Shown: positions 48,850-58,734 of the stretch, piece by piece | How the letters are laid out: each line of letters opens with the position of its first letter | Position numbering within the stretch: the stretch's first letter is position 1 | Assembly (NCBI GenBank): GCA_964529905.1 | Contig: CAZGXJ010000003.1 | Span: 2,245-66,244, forward strand | From: an uncultured Nitrososphaeria archaeon | GTDB lineage: Archaea; Thermoproteota; Nitrososphaeria; Geothermarchaeales; JDFR-13 | Length of the DNA: 64,000 nt | Direction of reading: 5' to 3' | Translations under genes and position numbers: made by a program | Notes under the pieces: model-generated | The model's database searches: none | What the model was told of the DNA's origin: nothing | Seen by the model: only the letters and a program-made list of their open reading frames with translations

Positions 48850-49170
48850 TAGAACTTCATACTAATAAAATAGATAGAATTATGTAACTCTTCTCTGCCT
48901 TCTACATGGTGCGAAGTCCAACCATACCTGAATCTAGAAGCTTGTAACTCCTCTCTAATAATATTCAAGATAACAGCATTATTATGTTCTGGTGTATGGC
49001 ACTTAGTATTATCTAATTTGTATAAATACCCTCTACCAAGTTTATCCCTAAAACCTCTATCTCCGCTTCACTCCCTAGTTTTATAACCTCTGATATTAAG
49101 AACATATGTCGATATTCTAAGTCTAACAATACTCAAAGCTCCCTTCCCGCCTCCTAAATGATGCTCAAAA
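48850..49170 (-). pseudogene. Possible decayed IS605-family tnpB (OrfB) C-terminal fragment
   Basis: Minus-strand translation gives ...GRGYLYKLDNTKCHTPEHNNAVILNIIREEL..., resembling the TnpB zinc-finger / RuvC-III region (C..H.D.NAA.NI). It is interrupted by stops and no intact ORF exists. Coordinates are approximate. Confidence 0.25.
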
Positions 49171-49586
49171 TTCTTTTAGTCAGCCCTACAGCCCTATACA
49201 TATCGTTAATATTTATGCTAACTATCCAAAATATTCTTAAAGCCGATATTAACTAGAATCACCCTCAACACTTAATAGCCTTAAATGTCTTGTCTGTATA
49301 TCCCCCTCTATAAACAATATAAAAATATTCTTAGATGATTATGTCGAGGAATAAATTTTGAGGCTGGTTTGAGGAAGTTATATATATGGAAACGCGGGAA
49401 TAAAGAATAGTACCTTCCCGTTTCCATTGTTATCTAGCGGATATCCAAGGAAAATTTAAACAAATGGGAGTAAGGAAGTAATATAGATTCAAGAATGACC
49501 TAGTGAAAGCTTGTAACACTTATTAAAACGGTATCTACCTGGAGTTGTTGAAATTGAGATATAAACCGATCCTCGTTTTTGATAAC

Positions 49587-49638
49587 CAGAGACTATATAT
49601 TTAATCATTTATTCATTCTACCGTCTTCTCATCATCCC
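49587..49638. repeat. 52-nt direct repeat, copy 1 (47/52 identical to copy 2; 28-nt perfect core attcattctaccgtcttctcatcatccc)
   Basis: Direct comparison with 52307-52358. Confidence 0.7.
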
Positions 49639-50098
49639 TATACAGAATTCTATCTCGTCCCATATCCATGTTTATTGGTATTTGCACCAGTAGAATGTCC
49701 TCTCCCCATATATCGACTTGGATTAGAAGATAATATTCTCTCTGTATTCCTCACATTTACCTTTATATTTATTGAAGACTTTTACTGATGGTTTTATCAT
49801 CTTTCTTCTCAGCTTTAGGTCCACCTCAAACTCTAATATTTATCCTATGTCTCTCTGAGAAGTATTTTTAATAGCTAACCAAATGTCATTCCTATATTTA
49901 ACCTTTAGAAAAATGATATTATGTATATCCATTAGTATAACTACATTTATATAATTCATGTCTTTCAAGGATTCTTTGACATCCCAAACCTATGGGGAAG
50001 GACTATTTCAGATATATCTCTTCAATCTAATCCCCTTATTTTATCTATAGGTCTATAGCCTGTAATTCGACCCTTCATAAATAATTTACTGAGAAATT

Positions 50099-50491
50099 TT
50101 ATGGGATTATAACCTTAAGTCCAAGGTTTTCGAAGATTGTGTAGTGTCTCTTATCAAAGGTTAGAAGGGGAGCTTGGTATTTAAGAGCTGTAGCTGCAAT
50201 AATTAAATCTGCCTCAGGAATGTTTATTCCTCTAGAGCTAAGCTCTACATCAATCTCTAAAGTCTTCATAATTTGTTCTTGATCTGGCCACACAATATCG
50301 CCTAGAGAATCGAGAATCTTTTTGGCCTTCTCAATATCCCAATTGAGCCTCATATATCCATATAAATACTCATATACAACTGGGAAGGGGATGAGAACCT
50401 GGTTCTCAAGTATATACTTGGATAGCTCCTTTCTGCCTCTGTCCAGAAGTTCTATAAGGAATGAAGTATCTACTACGACCTTCTCAACCAC
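50099..50491 (-). CDS. vapC: PIN-domain toxin VapC
   Basis: MVEKVVVDTSFLIELL PIN N-terminus. 130 aa. Confidence 0.7.
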   Translation of the reverse strand: MVEKVVVDTSFLIELLDRGRKELSKYILENQVLIPFPVVYEYLYGYMRLNWDIEKAKKILDSLGDIVWPDQEQIMKTLEIDVELSSRGINIPEADLIIAATALKYQAPLLTFDKRHYTIFENLGLKVIIP

Positions 50492-50724
50492 CTACCCCTC
50501 TCCCTCTTCTCCTTTACTACCTCAATTAACCGTTCAACATCTGATTCAGACTTCAACTCTCTCCATGCCTCCTCCAATGCCCTTATCTTACCATATCTAT
50601 CATTATTTCTAATTAAGATCATTATAACCTCTTCTAAACTATCTACACCATATTTTCTCTTTAACTCTTTCAATGACTCCACCAACTCCCTATTTACAAG
50701 AATAGTCGTCTTCTCACGTTTCAT
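50473..50724 (-). CDS. vapB: Putative antitoxin paired with VapC
   Basis: 83-aa charged protein overlapping the PIN gene start. Fold not assigned. Confidence 0.4.
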   Translation of the reverse strand: MKREKTTILVNRELVESLKELKRKYGVDSLEEVIMILIRNNDRYGKIRALEEAWRELKSESDVERLIEVVKEKRERGRWLRRS

Positions 50725-51105
50725 TACATATATAGTTATATCACTATATCAATATATAAATATATCAATACCGAAAGATATGTTAAAGCTTTGATTTTTT
50801 TTCCCATATTTAGAGATTAGAGACTCTATCCATAATTATTTTTGAGAGTTAGTCCCTTATTTCCTACTATATCTTTTTTATAATGGTAAGTGAGAAAATG
50901 ATCGTAGGGTCCTAATATAAAAGTGTTATAAGTGATTTGGCAAGTTATAGTGGAGGATAACAATACGTTAAGAAGACCAGCCTATTAAAGGAATATGTAG
51001 AACATCGCTTTAACTGTAGGGATAAAATAGCAGACTTCCCAAAATTACCTAGCCTCTTTAAAACAATTTATAATTACTTATAATGATTTAATTAGAACGT
51101 AATTA

Positions 51106-51522
51106 CTATTTCTTCCGTTCCTTGGCTATTATGGATTTAACTGTTTCGTCTAGGTCATAGTAGATTAAGTCGTTTAATATGGCTATTGCTGCATGTATCG
51201 AGTCGAAGAATGTAAGTTCATGGTACTTAAGCCTTAACTCAGCTGCGTAAGCTAATTCCTTCAATCCCAGTGGTGGATACCGTGGCTTGGAGTATCTCGT
51301 AACTATGTTATCTATAGCCTTAAGGGCTTCCTGCACCTCTTTATCTCCGAGACCGTGAGCCCTCATCACGAGTGATAATTCTATAGGGGCCACAGGCGAT
51401 ACATATAGGACGATATCCCTACTCTTAGCCGCCTCCAATATTTTAAGAGCCCATCTATGATACTTATCCTTAGGGTTTAAAGCTATCATAAACCCTGTCT
51501 CGACAAGAACTTTTGGGTTCAC
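51106..51522 (-). CDS. vapC: PIN-domain toxin VapC
   Basis: MNPKVLVETGFMIAL and 138 aa. Confidence 0.7.
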   Translation of the reverse strand: MNPKVLVETGFMIALNPKDKYHRWALKILEAAKSRDIVLYVSPVAPIELSLVMRAHGLGDKEVQEALKAIDNIVTRYSKPRYPPLGLKELAYAAELRLKYHELTFFDSIHAAIAILNDLIYYDLDETVKSIIAKERKK

Positions 51523-51526
51523 TGTT

Positions 51527-51766
51527 TCAACCCTTAACCTCCTTCATAGCCTCCTTCTCAGCGAGTCTTCTCAAGTCCCGCTCAAATGTTAAGTCACCAA
51601 ATATCCTCTCCAACTTTCTAAATGGATCTTCACTTTTCATAAGAATAATTCTACTTCCTTGGATTGAGAGAATCAGCTCCTCCCCCTCCCTAATGCCAAG
51701 AGCATCTCTAACTTCCTTCGGTAGAACTATCCTCCCCCTAGTATCGACGCGCACCCGTGTATACAT
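51527..51766 (-). CDS. vapB: AbrB/SpoVT-family antitoxin VapB
   Basis: RVRVDTRGRIVLPKEVRDALGIREGEELIL. Confidence 0.65.
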   Translation of the reverse strand: MYTRVRVDTRGRIVLPKEVRDALGIREGEELILSIQGSRIILMKSEDPFRKLERIFGDLTFERDLRRLAEKEAMKEVKG

Positions 51767-52306
51767 AATCCCACAAAATTATATAATGGATCCCACAAAA
51801 TAAATTTTTCCCATGAAATCAAAGGAAAAACCCCTCCAACTATCTGAGCATATGTGAGTCATTCAGAACTATTTCATATCATACATCGTAAATTATGACG
51901 AATATTACTTTAAAATATTCTAAAACATGTATATCCTAGGAACTTCAATTGAGTCCGTTATTGGGACAATAATATCATGATTATAGGATGCCTTTTACTA
52001 TCCTCCCATATTAGATCTTCCTAATCTATATAAACAGAGAATAAGCGGAACAACTAATGGAATTCGCTCAAAGAGGTGAGGAAAAGCACTTATTACTGTA
52101 AAAATACAAGGAAAGGAAGAAATTAATATCCACCAAATCACAACTTTCTCATATGAAATATAATCTTTCACCAGCATGTCTTATGTAACTGGACGGTATC
52201 CCCGCATGGCCAGGATCTCAAGAACAGATTATGTTTATATCTATAAGGAATCCTTTAGTAGACAGTCAAAAAGAAATAAAGAATCTATATCAAGAGTCTA
52301 TTAGGT

Positions 52307-52358
52307 CAGAGACTCTATCTCTAATCATCGATTCATTCTACCGTCTTCTCATCATCCC
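52307..52358. repeat. 52-nt direct repeat, copy 2
   Basis: cagagactctatctctaatcatcgattcattctaccgtcttctcatcatccc, matching 49587-49638. Confidence 0.7.
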
Positions 52359-52445
52359 AAGAATTAAATCATATCATAGGCTTAAATAGGATATATCCAT
52401 ATTTCAATTCTCTTTAAATTTTTATTTTCCGAATTTTTTATAATC

Positions 52446-53237
52446 ATGAGTCTCAAAAGGATCGATTTATCTCTTGGTGAACGTCTACTATATCCCTCTA
52501 AACCTATTGTAGTTTCGGCAGAATATGATGGTGAAGTCTCAGCGATGTTTGCTAGTTGGTGGACTCAACTATCTTTTAAACCATTTCTAATCGGGGTTGC
52601 CATCGGTCCTGAGAGGTATACATATAAGCTTGCATCTAAGGCTGGTAAATATGGGTTAAACCTTCTAGGCTTCGACGATGTAGTTAAGGCTCCATATCTA
52701 GGTGATGTATCTACTAGGTTTATGAAGGATAAACTGAGGAGAGGAGGATTTAAAATATTTTATGGTGAGGAGTTAGGTGTCCCATTGATAGAGTCTGCAT
52801 ATATAGCTATAGAGGTCTCTCTACGGGATATATGTGTAGTCGGAGACCATGACCTATTTATAGGTGAGGTATACTCCATATATGCATCGGATCTGATAGG
52901 CGAGGATGGCCTATGGAATGTCAATGAGTTGAGGCCTATCTTCTATATGGGTCGGTTTTGGAAGGGTAAGAAGATGTATAGGAGATTTGTGACTTGGAAC
53001 AGTGTTAATATCTCAAATATTGAGTATGCCCCATACCCACTGAAGAACCTATCATTTAAGAGAAGCAACCTGAGGAAGAAGATATTTAATGTCTTGAAGA
53101 GTTATGGGGAGCTTAAAAGGGAAGATGCATTGGAGATCGTCTCGAAGATCTTAGGTGAATATGGAATAGGAGTGGAAGATGCGGTATATTATTTGGAGGA
53201 GGCTGTTAGAAACGATATAGTAAAAATTATTGAGTAA
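52446..53237 (+). CDS. Flavin reductase-like (FMN-binding split-barrel) domain protein with a C-terminal extension
   Basis: The N-terminal ~160 aa fit the flavin reductase-like domain pattern (SWWTQLSFKPFLIGVAI). The ~100-aa C-terminal extension is unassigned. Confidence 0.55.
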   Translation: MSLKRIDLSLGERLLYPSKPIVVSAEYDGEVSAMFASWWTQLSFKPFLIGVAIGPERYTYKLASKAGKYGLNLLGFDDVVKAPYLGDVSTRFMKDKLRRGGFKIFYGEELGVPLIESAYIAIEVSLRDICVVGDHDLFIGEVYSIYASDLIGEDGLWNVNELRPIFYMGRFWKGKKMYRRFVTWNSVNISNIEYAPYPLKNLSFKRSNLRKKIFNVLKSYGELKREDALEIVSKILGEYGIGVEDAVYYLEEAVRNDIVKIIE

Positions 53238-53238
53238 A

Positions 53239-54018
53239 TTAATCATATTTTTGGCATCGTGGACAGTAGAAAGTCTTCCTATTGATATCCTTTTGAATAT
53301 AGAATACTATCTTCTCACCACATTCTTCACAGAAACCCTTATATTTATTATATACCTTTAAGAGGGGTTTTAGCCTTCCACCTCTCAACTTGAGATTTAA
53401 CCACTCCCTAGAGAGATTTACCGATGTCTCTATAATCCTTATAATATCATCCATATTAAGACTGTCTATGGGCCTCTCAGGATGTATTTTACATCGATAT
53501 AATATCTCATTCCTAAGTATATTGCCTATGCCAGATATATATTCTTGGCTCAGTAAGGCTTTTGAAACAGATATCCCTTCCAGGCTCCTCAATCTATTAA
53601 CAGCTTCATTAATGTCCCAGTCATCCCTTAAAGGATCTGGACCATATCTCATCTTAATATTGTTGACAATATTCTTGGCCATCCCGATCTCAACTATCGG
53701 TGCATTATAGACTACAAGTTTATATTCATCTGTATCGATCTTTAACCTAATCCTCTTAAAGGGCTTCTTCAAATCCTCCTCTATCTTCTGGATATGTATA
53801 GTTCCATATAGCATTAAGTGGAGTCTAATGGCATATCCATCTATAAATATAAGGATATTCTTCCCATATGCCTCGGAATTACTAATAGTCCTTCCTACCA
53901 ACTCTCTAGGGTCTATATCCAACCTTCTACTCTTCACATATATATCCCTAATCTCCCTATTCCTAAGGGTGTTGCCTATATCATAGGCGAATTTATGTGC
54001 TGTAGGTCCTTCAACCAT
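53239..54018 (-). CDS. Fpg/Nei-family DNA glycosylase (H2TH plus zinc finger) with Val at position 2
   Basis: H2TH motif SQEYISGIGNILRNEILYRCKIHP and C-terminal zinc finger CEECG...FYCPRCQ. The N-terminus is MVEGP rather than MPELP. Confidence 0.75.
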   Translation of the reverse strand: MVEGPTAHKFAYDIGNTLRNREIRDIYVKSRRLDIDPRELVGRTISNSEAYGKNILIFIDGYAIRLHLMLYGTIHIQKIEEDLKKPFKRIRLKIDTDEYKLVVYNAPIVEIGMAKNIVNNIKMRYGPDPLRDDWDINEAVNRLRSLEGISVSKALLSQEYISGIGNILRNEILYRCKIHPERPIDSLNMDDIIRIIETSVNLSREWLNLKLRGGRLKPLLKVYNKYKGFCEECGEKIVFYIQKDINRKTFYCPRCQKYD

Positions 54019-54087
54019 ATATAAGGCTATAATATGTGGTCCAACTACTTATAGATACTTAGATACATTTAAGTATTAAAATCATTT

Positions 54088-54714
54088 TTATCTTCCTATT
54101 ACCCTATCAAGGATCTTCCTCTCAGCTCTTCTTAGTATTTCGGATACAGCCCTGGGACTAATATCAAGTATCTCACTTAGCTTCTCAAGCGTTATACGTC
54201 TGGGTATGTCATAGTACCCAAGTCTATATGCCAATTCGATAACCTCCCTCTGTCTCTGAGTAAGTATTACATTCTCCATTCTATGTTGAATCTTCTCTAT
54301 CTCATATTCCATGCTGGAATCTTCAAGTATTCTTAGGAGTCTCCTCAATGTCTTATGGCTATCTAGTAGTAGGACCCACCTCATCATACCATTCTCCCTC
54401 ATAGATACCTCAACCAAATTATGCTCAGCTAATGTTGTCGATCTACATGGACAGTTAACAGTCTTAACCATAAATAGGTATGTATTCTCACCTAGTGAGG
54501 CCGTCTTTATACTCTTGACATACGGAAGCCTCTTAATCCTCCTGCATAATTCATTTAGATTTGGATTTCCAGGGATATGTAGTCTTGCTAATGCAGATAT
54601 CTGTCTCTTACCAGAGGGTATACATTGTAGAAGCTTGACATCGGAGGATTCGGTAACCCTTAATATATCTAGCCATGGACACTTAACCTTTATAGATAAT
54701 GTTACCCTTAACAT
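54088..54714 (-). CDS. HTH transcriptional regulator (C-terminal HTH_10/Bat-like DNA-binding domain)
   Basis: C-terminal RQREVIELAYRLGYYDIPRRITLEKLSEILDISPRAVSEILRRAERKIL. Confidence 0.5.
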   Translation of the reverse strand: MLRVTLSIKVKCPWLDILRVTESSDVKLLQCIPSGKRQISALARLHIPGNPNLNELCRRIKRLPYVKSIKTASLGENTYLFMVKTVNCPCRSTTLAEHNLVEVSMRENGMMRWVLLLDSHKTLRRLLRILEDSSMEYEIEKIQHRMENVILTQRQREVIELAYRLGYYDIPRRITLEKLSEILDISPRAVSEILRRAERKILDRVIGR

Positions 54715-54916
54715 CTACCAACAATTAATATATAGATACATATAAAATATTTATTCCCCTAATACGTTAGGGAGGAACTAGAAGATAATTAATCATATTT
54801 GAACCCTATTATTTTCATAGAGGGATAATATATATTATTTATAGATGTACTTATATGAAGTAGTATTTCAGTTTTGAAGTATAGCCCTTATGTCAATACA
54901 TTAAAAAATTAAATAT

Positions 54917-55615
54917 TTGATGAATCTAGAGGATTTAGTTCTACATCATAGGGCTTTAGATGCTCCCTTGATGCCTTCTAAGGAGTGGTGGGGAATATTC
55001 AACTTATTTACTACTATCGCCATTGTAATAGGGTCGATAGTCATAGGGTCCCTTATAATCGCAGCGGTTAAATATAGATATAGGGAAGGCCAGCCAGAGC
55101 CTAGTGACTCTATTAAACCGGGTAGAGTTCCTAGTGAGAGGGGAGGGCCTAAGGTAATCATAGTTATAACACTTATAGTAGTGGTAGCATTGATGATGGC
55201 TGAAGGCAGTACATTTACTGTATATGATACATACCAAAAATTTGCTGAATCCTCTATGGAGAACGGAGATGTATTAAAGATAGAGGTTACTGCTTTTCAA
55301 TGGGACTGGAGGTTTAAATATCCCAATGGTGTCGAGACGGTCGGTGAGGTATATATTCCTGAGGATACCCCCGTCCTCTTTATAGTTACAAGTATCGACG
55401 TCAAACACAAATTTGGTATACCTGAGTTGAAGACTGGTGTAGACGCTATACCGGATGACATGGGATATCTATGGCTATACGTCGAGGATCCTGGCGAATA
55501 TGAGATTAGATGTTATGAATTATGTGGTGTTGGCCATACATTCATGACTGGTAAGTTGAAGGTATTATCAGGACAGGAATTCGTTAATTGGTATTCCTCT
55601 ATGGGGGGTGGTTAA
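54917..55615 (+). CDS. Heme-copper oxidase subunit II (cupredoxin, CuA-type; SoxH-like)
   Basis: N-terminal TM helices and a CYELCGVGHTFM CuA-site-like motif. Confidence 0.75.
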   Translation: MMNLEDLVLHHRALDAPLMPSKEWWGIFNLFTTIAIVIGSIVIGSLIIAAVKYRYREGQPEPSDSIKPGRVPSERGGPKVIIVITLIVVVALMMAEGSTFTVYDTYQKFAESSMENGDVLKIEVTAFQWDWRFKYPNGVETVGEVYIPEDTPVLFIVTSIDVKHKFGIPELKTGVDAIPDDMGYLWLYVEDPGEYEIRCYELCGVGHTFMTGKLKVLSGQEFVNWYSSMGGG

Positions 55616-57949
55616 ATGACAGAGGTAAATATTAGAGAGTGGATTATGACTACAGACCATAAGAAGATTGGGATACTATATATAATAACGGCATTATATT
55701 TCGGGTTCTTGGGAGGAACGCTGGGTTTTCTGATTAGGCAGCAGTTGATGTATCCAGAAAATAATTTACTAACTCCACAGATCTATAACCAGATAGTAAC
55801 GGTTCACGGCCTTGTTATGGTCCTATGGTTCGTATCTCCACTTGCCTTTGGACTGGCAAACTTCGTTATACCCTTACAGATTGGGGCGAGAGACCTCGCC
55901 TTTCCTAGGCTAAATGCCCTTAGCTATTGGCTCTTCCTATTCAGCGGTCTCCTAGCCGCAGTTACATTCTTTCTACCTGGAGGTACAATTGATACTGGAT
56001 GGACGGTATATGCACCGCTAAACACCGCTAAATATTCTCCGCAACCCGGTCTAACCCTAGCGGGTATAGCGTTATTGATGCTTATAGCATCGGTGACACT
56101 AGGCACTATAAACTTTACAGTTACGATAATTAAGATGAGGGCTCCAGGAGTTACGTGGAGTAGGCTACCCATGTTTACGTGGGGTATACTCCTCACAGTA
56201 TTACTTATGCTATATGCATTTCCATCGGTAACAGCTGGTGTAATATTATTGGCTGTAGACCGGGTTTTAGGGACTACATGGTATCTAAGTCCTGAGGGTG
56301 GAGATTTATTATGGGAGAATCTATTTTGGTTCTTTGGGCATCCAGAGGTCTATATAGTGCTCTTCCCAGGCCTCTTCGCGGCTTTAGAGGTTATAGAGAC
56401 CTTCACAGGCCGGCCTCTATATGGGAGAAAATACATAATTGGAGCTGCAGCGACTGCTTTCCTATTGAGCCTAATAGTATGGGGTCATCATATGTATACA
56501 ACTACTATACCTCCCCTGATAAAGAAGTTCTTCGTAGCCGGTACCATGGCCATATCCTGGCCCTTCGGGATAATAACTATATTAGCTATAATCTCGATCG
56601 TTGGTGGGAGGGTAAGGTTTAATACGCCTATGTTGTTTGCCTTAACATCTATAGCTTTATTCGTCATAGGAGGTGAGACTGGAATATATAACGCATCGGT
56701 ATTCCTAAATTACCATATCAGGGGGACCTACTGGGTAACGGCTCATCTACATTATCAATTGGCAGGGGCAACCATGTTTGGGATTATAGCCGCTCTATAT
56801 TACTGGTATCCAAAGATTACTGGGAAGATGTATAATGAGAAGTTGGGTAAGCTCCACTGGCTAATATCTACGATAGGTTTTAACCTCTTATACTTCCCCA
56901 TGTTCCTCCTACTGGATATGCCTAGGAGGATATATACATACGATGCTGTAACTGGATGGGCTCCCTATAACTTCTACGCCACTATCGGCTCAATAATATT
57001 CTTCTTAGGCCACTTACTCGTAGGGCTACCCAACTTAATATACTCAGCCGTAAAAGGTAGGCCTGCAGGGCCTAATCCATGGGGTGCATGGACCATTGAA
57101 TGGACGATACCTTCACCACCTCCACCCCATAATTTCGACACTATTCCTGATCTTAGAAGTGGAAGCGTAGTATATCTAAACGGTGGTTCTGTTAATGTGG
57201 CACACCATGAGAAGCTCAGTATCACACCCTTCACACTATCACTTGGACTATTCATATTCTTCTTAGGATTTATGACGTTCCTTCCACTTGCACTGGTAGG
57301 TGTAGCCATATTCCTCATAGGACTGTTTAAATGGTATGTAGATGATATATCCGATAGATATGTCTCGGAGGAGCCAGAGGGGTTAGAGGAATATCCCTAT
57401 ATAGGAGTGGCGAAGGAGAAGCTCGGTACATGGGTCTTTCTGGCCTCAGAGATACTCCTCTTCGGAGCATTGATAGGGTCGTATCTCTTCGTGAGGGCTA
57501 ACAGCTCAACATGGCCAGTTGGATATGCAGTTCATGATGTCTCAATAGGATTTATAAATACAATTATACTACTAACCTCAAGCCTTTCAATGGCCCTTGC
57601 CCTAGCATATATAAGGAAAGATGATGTTAAGGGGACGGCAGGAGCGCTCGCAATGACCCTAATATTGGGTCTCCTCTTCCTAATCATAAAGGCTTTTGAG
57701 TGGAGCAAGCTATATGAGGAAGGATTCACGCTTACAAGTGGTCTCCCAGCCGTTACCTATTACACAGTGACTGGCGCCCATGCGGCTCATGTTATTGCGG
57801 GTCTATTCGGAATATCATACTTAATACTAAAGACATTGAAGGGAGGCTATAGTTCTAGAGATTATAATGGTATATGGAATGTGGGGCTATACTGGCATAT
57901 GGTGGATATTGTATGGGTCTTCCTCTTCCCATTATTCTACCTTATATGA
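55616..57949 (+). CDS. Heme-copper oxidase subunit I fused to subunit III (SoxM-like)
   Basis: WFFGHPEVYIVLFPG and further His-ligand motifs of subunit I. The 777-aa length with a C-terminal subunit-III-like helical bundle matches the Sulfolobales SoxM architecture. Confidence 0.9.
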   Translation: MTEVNIREWIMTTDHKKIGILYIITALYFGFLGGTLGFLIRQQLMYPENNLLTPQIYNQIVTVHGLVMVLWFVSPLAFGLANFVIPLQIGARDLAFPRLNALSYWLFLFSGLLAAVTFFLPGGTIDTGWTVYAPLNTAKYSPQPGLTLAGIALLMLIASVTLGTINFTVTIIKMRAPGVTWSRLPMFTWGILLTVLLMLYAFPSVTAGVILLAVDRVLGTTWYLSPEGGDLLWENLFWFFGHPEVYIVLFPGLFAALEVIETFTGRPLYGRKYIIGAAATAFLLSLIVWGHHMYTTTIPPLIKKFFVAGTMAISWPFGIITILAIISIVGGRVRFNTPMLFALTSIALFVIGGETGIYNASVFLNYHIRGTYWVTAHLHYQLAGATMFGIIAALYYWYPKITGKMYNEKLGKLHWLISTIGFNLLYFPMFLLLDMPRRIYTYDAVTGWAPYNFYATIGSIIFFLGHLLVGLPNLIYSAVKGRPAGPNPWGAWTIEWTIPSPPPPHNFDTIPDLRSGSVVYLNGGSVNVAHHEKLSITPFTLSLGLFIFFLGFMTFLPLALVGVAIFLIGLFKWYVDDISDRYVSEEPEGLEEYPYIGVAKEKLGTWVFLASEILLFGALIGSYLFVRANSSTWPVGYAVHDVSIGFINTIILLTSSLSMALALAYIRKDDVKGTAGALAMTLILGLLFLIIKAFEWSKLYEEGFTLTSGLPAVTYYTVTGAHAAHVIAGLFGISYLILKTLKGGYSSRDYNGIWNVGLYWHMVDIVWVFLFPLFYLI

Positions 57950-58220
57950 GGTGGGAGGCATGGAGGAAGAGACATTATATGTATCTATATGGAGCATATT
58001 AATATTCTTCACGGTATTAGAGGTAGCTTCATTAATGTTCGGCTTTTCATATCTCCTAATAGCAGGTCTAATCATCCTTTTAGCAGGTGGAAAGGCCGTG
58101 TTGATAGCCCTATATTATCAGCATCTGAGGCATGAGACATCATATCTAGTCGCTATACCTATATTTGCATTCGCTATGTTAATCGCTCTCGTAACTATAT
58201 CGATTGCTGGTATTCTATAA
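57867..58220 (+). CDS. Small hydrophobic oxidase-associated subunit (putative)
   Basis: 117 aa with 3 TM helices, located between the oxidase I+III gene and the cupredoxin gene. The start is uncertain. Confidence 0.35.
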   Translation: MVYGMWGYTGIWWILYGSSSSHYSTLYEVGGMEEETLYVSIWSILIFFTVLEVASLMFGFSYLLIAGLIILLAGGKAVLIALYYQHLRHETSYLVAIPIFAFAMLIALVTISIAGIL

Positions 58221-58716
58221 GGTGGTATATATGAAGGCATCTATACTCGCCATACTACTGTCAGTATTGGGGCTAGGTATCTGGTTGGCATTAGCCCTAG
58301 TAATATTAGTTCCAGGTCTACAGCCACCATTGACTGGGCAGCCATCAACCTTAACCCCCAACAAGGAATTCACACTATATCTTGGAGAGATTAACAACGA
58401 ATTTGCATTCGGATTCTCACCAGATTCATTATCCGTCCCAGGACCAGACATAGTTGTGGAGAGAGGGGATATAGTGAAGATATCATTAATAAATATAGGT
58501 AGGATCCCACATGCATTCGGCATAGGCTTCTCCCCTACTTCACAGACAGAATACGTCTTCGAGGGATCTGAAATACCGGGTGGCAAAGCTATTCCACCTG
58601 GTGGAGAGGCTGAAGTAATATTTATCGCTAATCAAGTAGGTGAATTCTACTATATATGTACAGTTCCAGGGCATCCTGAGAACGGTATGTGGGGGCATTT
58701 CATAGTTAATCCCTAA
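58204..58716 (+). CDS. Blue copper protein, sulfocyanin/plastocyanin-like (SoxE-like)
   Basis: N-terminal TM anchor and a type-1 copper site YYICTVPGHPENGMWGHF (C-x2-PGH-x3-GM). Confidence 0.65.
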   Translation: MLVFYKVVYMKASILAILLSVLGLGIWLALALVILVPGLQPPLTGQPSTLTPNKEFTLYLGEINNEFAFGFSPDSLSVPGPDIVVERGDIVKISLINIGRIPHAFGIGFSPTSQTEYVFEGSEIPGGKAIPPGGEAEVIFIANQVGEFYYICTVPGHPENGMWGHFIVNP

Positions 58717-58734
58717 CTATCTTTTTACATTTAT

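Noticed and set aside
49579-49788. 69-aa plus-strand ORF overlapping direct-repeat copy 1
   Set aside because: Low-complexity hydrophobic product with no partner, sitting in decayed DNA. It is more likely a chance ORF than a gene.
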